64,000 nucleotides of DNA from Actinomycetota bacterium (GTDB lineage Bacteria > Actinomycetota > Acidimicrobiia > Acidimicrobiales > GCA-2861595), in NCBI GenBank assembly GCA_002861595.1, contig PJQG01000026.1:442-64441 (forward strand), written 5' to 3'. The notes below the pieces were generated by a model. It did not search any database, was not told the origin of the DNA, and saw nothing but the letters and a program-made list of their open reading frames with translations. Made by a program: the position numbers and the translations under genes. Within the stretch, counting starts at the first letter, position 1. Each line of letters starts with the position of its first letter. This document shows, piece by piece, positions 46,504 through 55,452 of this stretch.

Positions 46504-47303
46504 CCCGCCAGCCTGCCCCAAGTCTCGATGTCGAGCTCCTCGGCCCTGGCCTCGGGACGCACGCCGGCGGCGGCGAACGCCTCCTCGGTCACCAGCCCGG
46601 CCAGGGAGCGACGAAGCATCTTGCGCCGGTGGGCGAAGCCGGCCTGCACCAGTGCGAACAGCTGGCGCGGGTCCCCCGCGACGGCCGGCGCGGCCCGCCG
46701 CACCACCGCCACCAGCACGGACTCGACGTTGGGACGGGGAAGGAACACGGTGGGCGGCACCCGCCCCACCACCGATGCGGTCGCCCGGTAGGCCAGCTTC
46801 ACCGACACCGCCCCGTAGGCCTCGTCGCCGGCGCCGGCGGCCAACCGCTCCCCCACCTCCCGCTGCACCATCACCAGCATCCGCCCGATCGCCGGCACGC
46901 CCTCGAGCAGGTCCAGGATCAGCGGCGTGGCCGCGTTGTAGGGAAGGTTGGCGACAAGCGCCCAGCCGTCGTCGGGGCCCAGCACCTCGTCCCACGCCAG
47001 CGTGCGGGCGTCGCCCTGGACGACTCTCACCCCGACCGGCTCGACGACGGAGCGCAGCACGGGGACGAGGTGGCGGTCAAGCTCGACGGCGACCACCTCG
47101 GCTCCGGTCTCGGCCAGGGCGAGGGTGAGCGAGCCGAGGCCGGCGCCGATCTCCACCACCCGGTCGCCCCGGCCGACGCCGGCCACACGGGCGATGCGCC
47201 GAACGGTGTTGGGGTCGACCACGAAGTGCTGGCCCAGGGCGGCGCTCGGGCGCAGGCCGTGACGCTCCAGCAGGCCGGCAACGTCGCGCCGGCTGAGGGT
47301 CAC
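46464..47303 (-). CDS. rsmA: 16S rRNA (adenine1518/1519-N6)-dimethyltransferase
   Basis: LGQHFVVDPN, VVEIGAGLGSLT, ANLPYNAATP. Confidence 0.95.
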   Translation of the reverse strand: MTLSRRDVAGLLERHGLRPSAALGQHFVVDPNTVRRIARVAGVGRGDRVVEIGAGLGSLTLALAETGAEVVAVELDRHLVPVLRSVVEPVGVRVVQGDARTLAWDEVLGPDDGWALVANLPYNAATPLILDLLEGVPAIGRMLVMVQREVGERLAAGAGDEAYGAVSVKLAYRATASVVGRVPPTVFLPRPNVESVLVAVVRRAAPAVAGDPRQLFALVQAGFAHRRKMLRRSLAGLVTEEAFAAAGVRPEARAEELDIETWGRLAGCASDHANGLRPS

Positions 47304-47354
47304 GCCCTGAAGGTACGGCCCCGAGCTTCCCGCGGTGAAAACGTCCGGGGCCCG

Positions 47355-48116
47355 CTAGGTCGGCGCCGGCACTTCCTGCAACCCGAAGACGGCCTCGGCC
47401 GCGGCCCAGGAGGCGTGCTCCACCTCGACGGGATCGAGCCCCTTCGCAGCGGCGACGGCCGCACCCACCAGCGGCACGAAGGCCGGTTGGTTGGGGCGGC
47501 CTCGGTGCGGGACCGGCGCCAGGAAGGGCGCGTCGGTCTCCACCAGCAGGCGATCGAGGGGGCACAGGGCGGCGGCGCCCCGCACGTCGTCGGCGCCCTT
47601 GAAGGTGATGATGCCGCTGAAGGACAGGTGGCCGCCGAGATCGAGCGCCCGCCTGGCCTCCTGTGTCCCGCCCGTGAAGCAGTGGAACACGGTGCGCTCG
47701 GGCACGCCCTCGGCGGCCAGGACGGCGAAGGTGTCGTCCCAGGCCTCGCGGGTGTGGATCACCAGGGCCAGGCCATGCCTGTGGGCCAGCGCCACCTGAG
47801 CTGCGAACGCGTCGCGCTGGACCGGGCGGGGCGAGTGGTCGTAGTGGTAGTCGAGGCCGCACTCGCCCACGGCCACCACGCGGGGCGCGGAGAACAGCCC
47901 CACGATGCTGTCCACGCCCTGCGTGGCGTCGTGGGGATGGAGGCCCACCGTGGCCCACACCCCGTCGTGCTCCTGGGCCACGGCGATGGCGGCGGCCGAC
48001 TGCTCGGCATCGGTGCCGACGTTGATGAACCGCGTGACGCCGGCCTGGCGGGCGGCGGCGAGGGCCTGCAGGTCCAGGTCCTTGTACGGCACGTGGCAGT
48101 GGCTGTCAGTCCACAT
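47355..48116 (-). CDS. tatD: TatD-family metal-dependent hydrolase
   Basis: MWTDSHCH, AVGECGLDYHY, LVIHTREA, FSGIITFK, LLVETDAPFLAP. Confidence 0.9.
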   Translation of the reverse strand: MWTDSHCHVPYKDLDLQALAAARQAGVTRFINVGTDAEQSAAAIAVAQEHDGVWATVGLHPHDATQGVDSIVGLFSAPRVVAVGECGLDYHYDHSPRPVQRDAFAAQVALAHRHGLALVIHTREAWDDTFAVLAAEGVPERTVFHCFTGGTQEARRALDLGGHLSFSGIITFKGADDVRGAAALCPLDRLLVETDAPFLAPVPHRGRPNQPAFVPLVGAAVAAAKGLDPVEVEHASWAAAEAVFGLQEVPAPT

Positions 48117-49614
48117 GGATGCGGGGGAAGAGCGGCTTGCCCTTCTGCACGTCGAGCCCGCCGGGATAGCCGCCCCAACGCGCCGCGTCGGGCAGGCGCC
48201 GCTCCGAAGGAGAACCGGAAAGGCCGATCCGCCGCCACACCTCGGCACAGGCGGCGGGCATCGCCGGCGTGGCCAGCACGGCGACGATGCGCAGCGCCTC
48301 CAGGGCGTCGCCCAGCACCGCGTCCACCTCGGGCCCCGGCTCCGCCTTCCACGGCTCCTCGGCCTCCAGGTGGGCGTTGGTCTCCCGGATCAGCCGCCAC
48401 GTGGCCTCCAGGGCCTCGCTGGGCGCGACCCGGTCCCACGCCTGCGCCGACGCCTCGTAGACCTCGGTGGCGACCGCCTCGAGCGGGCTGTGGGGCCGGG
48501 GCGCGGGACCGATGCCGGCGCACTTGCTCCCCACCAAGGTGCTCACCCGGGACAACAGGTTGCCGAGGTTGTTGGCCAGATCGGCGTTGTAGCGAGCGAC
48601 CAGCCCCTCGTAGGAGAAGTCGCCGTCGGGGCCGAACGGGGTGTCGCGCAGGAAGTGGTAGCGAAAGCCGTCCACCCCCACGTCGGCGACCAGGTCGGCG
48701 GGGCCGATGGCGTTGAGGCGGGTCTTGGACATCTTCTCGCCCCCCACCAGGAGGTAGCCGTGCACATGGATGCGCTGCGGTGGCTCCAGGCCGGCGGCCA
48801 GCAGCATGGCCGGCCAGTACACGCAGTGGAACCTCAGGATGTCCTTGCCGATGAGGTGGTGGACGGCCGGCCAGAACCTGTTGAAGCGCTCGTCGTCCTC
48901 GCCGTAGCCGATGGCGGTGAGGTAGTTGACCAGCGCGTCGTACCACACGTAGAAGACGTGGGCCCGGTCCCAGGGGACCGGAACGCCCCACCGCAGCGAG
49001 GTGCGGGTGATCGACAGGTCCTGGAGGCCCTGGCGGATGAGACCGAGGGCCTCGTTGCGCTTGGACTCGGGGGTGATGGCGTGGGGATGGGCCTCGTACC
49101 AGTCCAGCAGCCGCTGCTGGTAGCGGCTCAGGGCGAAGAAGTAGTTGTCCTCCTTGAACAGCTCCGCCGGCCGCTTGTGCACCGGGCAGTTGCCGTCCTC
49201 CAGCTCGTCCTCGCCGTAGTAGGCCTCGCACGACACACAGTAGAGGCCCTCGTAGGTGCTCATCTCGATGTCGCCGCTGTCGTGGACCTGCTGCAGCAGG
49301 GCCTGCACGGCGCGGTGATGGCGCGGCTCGGTGGTGCGGATGAAGTCGTCGTAGGCGATGTTCAGCAACGACCAGGCGTCCTTGAAACGCTCGCTCGTGC
49401 GGTCCGCTTGTTCCTGGGGAGACAGGCCGTTGGCCTCGGCCCGGCGCTGCACGTTGAGCCCGTGCTCGTCGGTGCCGGTGAGAAAGAAGACCTCGTCGCC
49501 CACCAGGCGATGCCAGCGGGCGAGGGCGTCGGCGGTGACGGTGGTGTAGGCGTGGCCGATGTGGGGCGCGTCGTTGACGTAATAGATCGGCGTCGTGACG
49601 TAGAAGGTTCCCAC
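48106..49614 (-). CDS. metG: Methionine--tRNA ligase (short, class without C-terminal Trbp111 domain)
   Basis: GTG 49614. YYVNDAPHIGHAYT (HIGH), CVSCE...CPVHK zinc knuckle, KMSKT (KMSKS). Confidence 0.95.
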   Translation of the reverse strand: MGTFYVTTPIYYVNDAPHIGHAYTTVTADALARWHRLVGDEVFFLTGTDEHGLNVQRRAEANGLSPQEQADRTSERFKDAWSLLNIAYDDFIRTTEPRHHRAVQALLQQVHDSGDIEMSTYEGLYCVSCEAYYGEDELEDGNCPVHKRPAELFKEDNYFFALSRYQQRLLDWYEAHPHAITPESKRNEALGLIRQGLQDLSITRTSLRWGVPVPWDRAHVFYVWYDALVNYLTAIGYGEDDERFNRFWPAVHHLIGKDILRFHCVYWPAMLLAAGLEPPQRIHVHGYLLVGGEKMSKTRLNAIGPADLVADVGVDGFRYHFLRDTPFGPDGDFSYEGLVARYNADLANNLGNLLSRVSTLVGSKCAGIGPAPRPHSPLEAVATEVYEASAQAWDRVAPSEALEATWRLIRETNAHLEAEEPWKAEPGPEVDAVLGDALEALRIVAVLATPAMPAACAEVWRRIGLSGSPSERRLPDAARWGGYPGGLDVQKGKPLFPRIHVD

Positions 49615-49653
49615 CCTGCGTAGGCTAGGAGAACGCTCCGCGGGAGGAAGTCG

Positions 49654-50115
49654 ATGAGCACGTCCGGGATGGCGAGGAAGGTGGACGACCTCGGCCGCAT
49701 CGTCCTGCCCGTGGAGATGCGCCGGCTGTTCGGGATCCAGGCCGGCGACGCTCTGGAGATCGCGGTGGAAGACCGGGGCATCGTGCTGCGCAAGGTGGAG
49801 ACGCGCTGTGTGTTCTGCAGCGGGAACGAGGCGTTGCGCTCCTACCGAGGCAAGCAACTGTGCTCGTCCTGCGCGGCCGAGCTCGGAGCACCGGCGGCGA
49901 GTGAGGTCGCCGAGGCCGAGGCGAGCCGGGCGCAGCCCTTCGAACGCCTCCCCCCGCCGGCGGAGCTCGACGAGCAGCGCCCGCCGCCCACCGAGCTGTC
50001 CGCCGCCGCGGGGGAGCTCGACCACGAGCTGGCCGCCGCAAGGGCGGTCGAGAGGCTCCTACCTTCCACCGAGCCGCAGCGCGATGTCGTAGACGCGCCG
50101 CCGTGGGAGAGCTAG
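49654..50115 (+). CDS. AbrB/SpoVT-type DNA-binding protein with C-terminal CxxC..CxxC zinc-ribbon-like motif and disordered tail
   Basis: GMARKVDDLGRIVLPVEMRRLFGIQAGDALEI parallels B. subtilis AbrB (GIVRKVDELGRVVIPIELRRTLGI...). Same position and opposite orientation between rsmI and metG as abrB in Bacillus. Confidence 0.75.
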   Translation: MSTSGMARKVDDLGRIVLPVEMRRLFGIQAGDALEIAVEDRGIVLRKVETRCVFCSGNEALRSYRGKQLCSSCAAELGAPAASEVAEAEASRAQPFERLPPPAELDEQRPPPTELSAAAGELDHELAAARAVERLLPSTEPQRDVVDAPPWES

Positions 50116-50895
50116 CTCGGCGGCCACGGCATCGACGGACCGCCGCCGGCTCTCACCGTCCTCCAGCCGAGCCGTGAGAGCGGCTTCGATCTCCTCGTCG
50201 CCGGCCGGCAGCGCCTCGGGGGCGCCGTCGAGGACGATGACGAACTCGCCACGCGGCTCGCTGGCGGCCAGGTGGGCTGCGGCCTCGCCCAGGCTCCCCC
50301 GCCACACCTCCTCGTGCCGCTTGGTCAGCTCCCGGGCCAGGGCGACCCGGCGGCCCGGCCCACACGCAGCGGCGAGGTCCTCCACGGTGCGCCGGACCCG
50401 GTGGGGCGCCTCGTAGAGGACGATCGTGCGCCGCTCGGCCGCGACCTCGGCCACCCGGCGGGCACGCTCGGCGCCCGTGCGGGGCAGGAACCCCTCGAAG
50501 ACCCAGCGGGCCGTGGGCAGGCCGCTGGCGACCAGGGCGGCCACGCCGGCCGAGGGGCCGGGGATGACGACGACGTCGTGGCCGGCGGCGATGACTTCGG
50601 CCACCAGGAGCCGGCCGGGGTCGGAGACGGCGGGCATGCCCGCGTCGCTGACCAGCGCGACCTGGCGGCCCTGACCCAGGAGGCCGAGCACGCGCGGCAC
50701 CCGCTCGCCCTCGTTCTGGTCGTGTACCGCAAGCAGCGGGCGACCGGTGATGCCGGCATGGGTCAGCAGCTTGCGGGTGTGGCGGGTGTCCTCGCAGGCG
50801 ACGACGTCGGCGCCGGCCAGGGCCTCGGCCGCCCGGGGAGACAGGTCACCGAGGTTCCCGATGGGCGTGGCCACCACCAGGAGCCGGCCGCGCAA
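50059..50895 (-). CDS. rsmI: 16S rRNA (cytidine1402-2'-O)-methyltransferase
   Basis: LLVVATPIGNLGDLS, CEDTRHTRKLL, SDAGMPAVSDPG. Confidence 0.95.
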   Translation of the reverse strand: MRGRLLVVATPIGNLGDLSPRAAEALAGADVVACEDTRHTRKLLTHAGITGRPLLAVHDQNEGERVPRVLGLLGQGRQVALVSDAGMPAVSDPGRLLVAEVIAAGHDVVVIPGPSAGVAALVASGLPTARWVFEGFLPRTGAERARRVAEVAAERRTIVLYEAPHRVRRTVEDLAAACGPGRRVALARELTKRHEEVWRGSLGEAAAHLAASEPRGEFVIVLDGAPEALPAGDEEIEAALTARLEDGESRRRSVDAVAAELALPRRRVYDIALRLGGR

Positions 50896-50899
50896 GGGC

Positions 50900-51229
50900 T
50901 CAGCCCGTGATCTCGAGGCGGTCTCCGACCTGGAGCCCCCAGCGCTCGAAGGCGCCGGCCTCCGCCTCGATGACGCAGCGGGCCCGCAGCCGGGGGAGGC
51001 TCATGCGGTTGCGGACCATGCACACCGTGGCGAGGACCTGGAGCTGGCGGTCGCAGAAGGCGACGTCGATGGGGAAGCGCATGCCCAGGGTGTGCACGGA
51101 ACGGGCGGGCTTGATGAGCAGGGCGCCGTCGATGCCGTCGCGGCCGAGCAACCCGGCCATCCGCGTCGACATGGTGTCCGCCACCTCGAGGCTCGACAGG
51201 ACCTCGCCGTCTCGGACCAGCCACGACAT
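50900..51229 (-). CDS. DUF192 protein
   Basis: 109 aa. RMAGLLGR...HTLGMRFPIDVAF...VIEAEAG matches the DUF192 pattern. Confidence 0.75.
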   Translation of the reverse strand: MSWLVRDGEVLSSLEVADTMSTRMAGLLGRDGIDGALLIKPARSVHTLGMRFPIDVAFCDRQLQVLATVCMVRNRMSLPRLRARCVIEAEAGAFERWGLQVGDRLEITG

Positions 51230-51230
51230 C

Positions 51231-52313
51231 TCAGACGTTGAAGCGGATCTCGAGCACGTCCCCGTCGACCACCTGGTAGTCCTTGCCCTCGACGCGCAGC
51301 TTGCCCACGTCCTTGGCCGCCGCCCAGGAGCCCAGCTCCAGCAGCTCGTGCCAGTGGATGACCTCGGCCCGGATGAACCCGCGCTGCAGATCCGAGTGGA
51401 TGACGCCGGCGCACTCGGGCGCCTTGGCCCCGGCCCGGAACGTCCAGGCCCGCGACTCCTTCTCGCCGGTGGTGAGGAAGGTGCGGCGCCCGAGCAGGTG
51501 GTAGGCGGCCCGGGCCACGCGGGGCAGGGCGCCCTCTCCCAGGCCCAGGCCCTCGAGCAGCTCGTCGCGCTCGGCGTCGGGGAGCTGGGCCGCCTCCGCC
51601 TCCAGCTGCACGCTCACGCCCAGCACCTCGGCCGAGCCGACCAGCGCCGCGGCCACGGGCTTGACCACCGCGTCGGCGTCGGCCACCTGGTCCTCGCCCA
51701 GGTTCACCACGGCCAGCACCGGCTTGGTGGTGAGCAGGAAGTACTCCCGCAGGGCCTGCCGCTGGTCGCTGGAGAGCCCGGCGCGGTACAGGGGCGTGCC
51801 TGCCTGGAGGTGGTCGAGGGCGACCTCCAGGGCGGCGACCTCGGCGGCCAGGGTGGAGGAGCGGTCGGCGCGGGCCGCCTTGCGCCGCTTGGTGAGCTGG
51901 TTCTCGATGGTGTCGGCGTCGGCCAGCACGAGCTCGAGCTCGAGGACCTCGAGATCCTCGAGGGCGTCGTGGCCGCCGCCGACGTTGGGATCCTCGAACG
52001 CCCGTAGCACCAGGCACAGGGCGTCGGCCTCCCGGATCCCGGCCAGGAAGCGGTTGCCGAGACCCTCACCGGTGGACGACCCGGCGACCAGCCCGGCCAC
52101 ATCCGCCAGCTCCACCGTGGCCCGCACCGTTTTCCTGCTGGCCGACATGGCCGAGAGGGCATCGAGGCGGTGGTCCGGCACCTGGGCCATGCCCACGTTG
52201 GTCTCGGTGGTGGAGAAGGGGTGGGGGGCGACGGCGGCGGAGCCACCGGTGAGGGCGTTGAACAGCGAGGACTTGCCGGCGTTGGGCCGCCCGACGATGC
52301 CCAGACGTTCCAC
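51231..52313 (-). CDS. ychF: Redox-regulated ATPase YchF
   Basis: GIVGRPNAGKSSLFNALT, DVAGLV, C-terminal TGS-like IHSDLQRGFIRAEV. Confidence 0.95.
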   Translation of the reverse strand: MERLGIVGRPNAGKSSLFNALTGGSAAVAPHPFSTTETNVGMAQVPDHRLDALSAMSASRKTVRATVELADVAGLVAGSSTGEGLGNRFLAGIREADALCLVLRAFEDPNVGGGHDALEDLEVLELELVLADADTIENQLTKRRKAARADRSSTLAAEVAALEVALDHLQAGTPLYRAGLSSDQRQALREYFLLTTKPVLAVVNLGEDQVADADAVVKPVAAALVGSAEVLGVSVQLEAEAAQLPDAERDELLEGLGLGEGALPRVARAAYHLLGRRTFLTTGEKESRAWTFRAGAKAPECAGVIHSDLQRGFIRAEVIHWHELLELGSWAAAKDVGKLRVEGKDYQVVDGDVLEIRFNV

Positions 52314-52374
52314 CTGTCGAGGCTACGCCGGTGCCCCCGCCGACGGCTACCCGCGGCGGCTGCGATGATGGGGG

Positions 52375-52455
52375 ATGTCCAAGAAGACGAACAAGCGCAA
52401 GGTGACGCGGATCAAGAAGGCCAACCACGGCAAGCGGCCCAACGCCGGGCGCTGA
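52375..52455 (+). CDS. 50S ribosomal protein bL37 (actinobacterial small basic protein)
   Basis: Not in the ORF track (26 aa). Own translation MSKKTNKRKVTRIKKANHGKRPNAGR. The KANHGKRPNA core matches mycobacterial bL37 as I recall it. Confidence 0.75.
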   Translation: MSKKTNKRKVTRIKKANHGKRPNAGR

Positions 52456-52479
52456 GCGCCAGCGTGGTGCGGCGCCCGT

Positions 52480-53763
52480 CTAGGCGGCCATGCCCACGAT
52501 CCGGCCGCTGATGCCCGTGCCTGCGGTCGACCCGTGGAAGACGGCGTCGCCGAAGCCGAAGATGCCGCCGTCCGAGGCCACCAGCCAGTAGCCGTTGCCC
52601 GAGCGGCTCGCGGCCATGCCCACGATGGGCCGGGCGAGCTTGATGGCGCCGGTCGAGCCGTGGAAGACGGCGTCGCCGAAGCCGAAGATGCCGCCGTCCG
52701 AGGCCACCAGCCAGTAGCCGTTGCCCGAGCGGCTCGCGGCCATGCCGACGATGGGTTGGGCCAGCTTGATGGCGCCGGTCGAGCCGTGGAAGCGGGCGTC
52801 GCCGAAGGCGAAGATGCCGCCGTCCGAGGCGACCAGCCAGTAACCGTTGCCCGAAGGGGTGGCCGCCATGCCGACGATGGGTTGGGCGAGCTTGATGGCG
52901 CCGGTCGAGCCGTGGAAGCGGGCGTCGCCGAAGCCGAAGATCCCGCCGTCCGAGGCCACCAGCCAGTAGCCGTTGCCGGAAGGGGTGGCGGCCATGCCCA
53001 CGATCGCCCGGTTGAGGGAGATGGCGCCGGTCGAGCCGTGGAAGCGGGCGTCGCCGAAGCCGAAGATCCCGCCGTCCGAGGCCACCAGCCAGTAGCCGTC
53101 GCCGGAAGGGGTGGCGGCCATGCCCACGATGGGCCGGGTCAGGGCGAGCCCGCCCGTCGAGCCGTGGAAGCGGGCGTCGCCGAAGCCGAAGAGGCCGCCG
53201 TCGGACGAGGCCATGCGGTACCCCCGGCGGCCGTCGAGGGAGGTCGGCACCGGCGCCGGAGCCGGCGCAGGAGGCGCCAACGTGGCGGACGAGATGGCCC
53301 GGCTGGTCATGAAGTTGACGGTGACGAAGATGGTCGAATCGGGCGCCAGGGCCACGGCGACGCCGACCGAGTCGAAGGCGGGGTCGATCATCTGGCGGTA
53401 GTGGGTGGGGCTGGCCACGAAGGCGTCGTGGATCTCCTGCACCGTCGCGCCCATGCCCACGTTCTCGCCGAGGCGAACCCAGTCCGGCGGGGCCTGGGAA
53501 CGGAGGTTGGGATTGTGGGAGATGTCGTTGGCCCGCACCATCTGCTCGGACCACGACCGGGCCACGGCGACAAGGTCGTTTCGGACGATCAGCTGGCGCA
53601 GGCCCCGCCCCGCCCGCAGCTCATTGAGCTTGGAGACGAACGACGCCTCGCGGGCCGGCTCGGCGGTGGCCGCACGTATGCCCAACGGGGCCGCGATCAC
53701 CAGCGCCAGGGCGGCCAGCGCCAGCGCCAGCGCCAGAGCGAGGCCGCGATACAACTTGCCCAT
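52480..53763 (-). CDS. Secreted CAP/SCP (YkwD-like) domain protein fused to six 41-aa tandem repeats
   Basis: Signal-like LALALALALAALALVIAAPL. CAP motifs (SWSEQM, HNPNL, GENVG, SPTHYRQM). Then 6 x ([42 protein letters not shown]). Confidence 0.85.
   Translation of the reverse strand: MGKLYRGLALALALALAALALVIAAPLGIRAATAEPAREASFVSKLNELRAGRGLRQLIVRNDLVAVARSWSEQMVRANDISHNPNLRSQAPPDWVRLGENVGMGATVQEIHDAFVASPTHYRQMIDPAFDSVGVAVALAPDSTIFVTVNFMTSRAISSATLAPPAPAPAPVPTSLDGRRGYRMASSDGGLFGFGDARFHGSTGGLALTRPIVGMAATPSGDGYWLVASDGGIFGFGDARFHGSTGAISLNRAIVGMAATPSGNGYWLVASDGGIFGFGDARFHGSTGAIKLAQPIVGMAATPSGNGYWLVASDGGIFAFGDARFHGSTGAIKLAQPIVGMAASRSGNGYWLVASDGGIFGFGDAVFHGSTGAIKLARPIVGMAASRSGNGYWLVASDGGIFGFGDAVFHGSTAGTGISGRIVGMAA
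52483..53217 (-). repeat. Six tandem 123-bp coding repeats, adjacent central copies nearly identical at DNA level
   Basis: Read directly. For example, the units beginning gtggaagacggcgtcgccgaagccgaagatgccgcc at ~52534 and ~52657 differ at only a few positions. Confidence 0.9.
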
Positions 53764-53965
53764 GCGATTGCCCTCCAGGTGTAGGTCCCACGGAGGGCGA
53801 GGCCCCCATTCGGTAGCCCGGCGGCCTTGTGAGCGGTTGCTCCGTCAGGCCCGTAGCTTTGCGTCGGCGGGTTTCCCCGCCTTTGCCGTTTCGTGGGTTT
53901 GGCTGTACTTGCCCAGTTCTTCGGCCGGTCGGCGCCTGCTCTTGAGAACCGGCCGAGCGGCGTCG

Positions 53966-54865
53966 CTATGTCGGACTGGAGGAGGCGGCCAGCACTGCGG
54001 CCAGGGCGGTCGGCCGGTCGGTCATGATGCCGTCGACGCCGAGCGCCAGCAGCCGGCGCATCTCGTCCTCCTCGTCGATGGTCCACACGTGGACGGCGAG
54101 GTCGTGCTCGTGGGCGGCGACCACGAAGGCCTCGTCCACCACCGTCTGGCCGTGGAGCTCCGCCGGCACCTGGAGAGCGTGGTGGCGCGTCGGCGGTGGT
54201 GGCGATCCGCCTCGGACGGCAAAGAAGAAGGCGGCGGTGTCGCCGGTCCCCGCCGCGGTGCTGATCTCGGGGGCGAAGGCGGAGAACGCCGCGGTGGCGT
54301 GGTCGAGGAAGGAGGCGACGATGACGTCGTCGGCGCGGCCGTACCTGCGCAGCACCTGGGCCAGCAGTTCCTCGTAGGGCTCCACGTCCGGCGCCGTGAG
54401 CTTGATGTCGAAGTTGAGAAAGGTGTCGGGGAAGGCCTCGAGCACCTCGACGAGCGTGGGGATCCGCAGGTCGGGGTCGACCGGGGCACGACCACGCAGC
54501 GGATAGTCGGCCTCGGCCGCTTCATGGTCGACCACCGTCCCCGGTACCCACCAGTAGGCGTTGTCGAGACGCTGCACGTCCGCCAGGGTGAGCTCGGCGA
54601 TGCGCCCGGAGCCGTCGGTGGTGCGGTCGACGGTGGCGTCGTGGCACACCACCAGGTGGCGGTCGGCGGTGGCGTGTACGTCGAGCTCCAGCCCGTGGGC
54701 ACCCGCACCGGCCACGGCCTGGCGCATGGCGTACATCGTGCTCGACGGCGCCTCCCGGGCGCCACCTTGATGCGCGTAGTTGAGCACCCGGCGGCTGACC
54801 CAGGGATTGTCCACGGCGAACGGTAGCCTCGCCGCGGTGTTCGACCACGTCTTCTTGCAGGCCAT
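53966..54865 (-). CDS. Glycerophosphodiester phosphodiesterase family protein
   Basis: YAHQGGAREAPSSTMYA, GLELDVHATADRHLVVCHD, VHVWTIDEEDEMRRLLALGVDGIMTD. Start ATG 54865 or GTG 54824. Confidence 0.85.
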   Translation of the reverse strand: MACKKTWSNTAARLPFAVDNPWVSRRVLNYAHQGGAREAPSSTMYAMRQAVAGAGAHGLELDVHATADRHLVVCHDATVDRTTDGSGRIAELTLADVQRLDNAYWWVPGTVVDHEAAEADYPLRGRAPVDPDLRIPTLVEVLEAFPDTFLNFDIKLTAPDVEPYEELLAQVLRRYGRADDVIVASFLDHATAAFSAFAPEISTAAGTGDTAAFFFAVRGGSPPPPTRHHALQVPAELHGQTVVDEAFVVAAHEHDLAVHVWTIDEEDEMRRLLALGVDGIMTDRPTALAAVLAASSSPT

Positions 54866-54884
54866 CGGAGCCCTCCGCCGCTCC

Positions 54885-55448
54885 ATGGAGGGGGCGTTGC
54901 TGGAGCGGCACGGCTTCGAGGAGCGGCTCCAGATCGACATCCTGCTCGGCGACCTCTCCTGGGAGACCTCCTACACCCTCCCGGGGGAAGGCGTGCCGCC
55001 GCGGGTCCAGGCCGAGATCGCCTTCGACTGGCCCACCTGGAGCCAGACCGCCTACCGCTCCTGGTCGATGGGCGAGGGTGTGGACGACCCGCCGGAGATC
55101 GACGTGGAGATCGCCTTGCGGGTGCAGCGGATGGCCGCAGCGCCGGAGCTCGCCACCGTGCTCGCCGTCCTCCCCGAGAACGGCCCGACAGGGCTGGGCG
55201 AGAGCATGGAGCGGAGCGGGCCCAGCGTCGAGCAGCACACCGAGGCCGGCGACGACGTCGCCCACTTCGCCCTGGAGGTGTCCTACGCCGGCGTGGTGCG
55301 CTTCGAGGAGGACGTGCTGGAGGACAACAGCCGTCTGGACCGGCTCCTGGGCGGGCTCGGCGGCTGGGTGGCGTCCACCCTCGTGCGCCTGGCCGACCTC
55401 GACATCGCCTTCCTCCCTCCCGAGATGGAGGAGGGCGGCCGCCGGTAG
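54885..55448 (+). CDS. Hypothetical acidic protein immediately upstream of LigD polymerase gene
   Basis: 187 aa from ATG 54885 (the ORF opens at 54780). High GC3. Its stop is 4 nt before the polymerase GTG. No family recognised. Confidence 0.45.
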   Translation: MEGALLERHGFEERLQIDILLGDLSWETSYTLPGEGVPPRVQAEIAFDWPTWSQTAYRSWSMGEGVDDPPEIDVEIALRVQRMAAAPELATVLAVLPENGPTGLGESMERSGPSVEQHTEAGDDVAHFALEVSYAGVVRFEEDVLEDNSRLDRLLGGLGGWVASTLVRLADLDIAFLPPEMEEGGRR

Positions 55449-55452
55449 CGTC

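Noticed and set aside
49654-50115. AbrB/MazE-fold protein considered as the antitoxin of a toxin-antitoxin pair.
   Set aside because: There is no adjacent toxin-like ORF (the flanks are metG and rsmI). The locus matches the conserved abrB position instead.
52483-53217. Regular 123-bp repeats that could superficially resemble a CRISPR-like array.
   Set aside because: The units are contiguous with no unique spacers, lie in one long ORF with conserved protein periodicity, and no cas genes are present.
53764-53965. 200-nt leader upstream of the CAP-repeat gene considered as a riboswitch (e.g. cyclic-di-AMP/ydaO type, common before actinobacterial wall-hydrolase genes).
   Set aside because: I could not recognise the conserved ydaO cores by eye. 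The clearest structure (CGGCCGGT...ACCGGCCG near 53915-53950) is better explained as the terminator of the upstream phosphodiesterase gene. An Rfam scan is needed before any claim.
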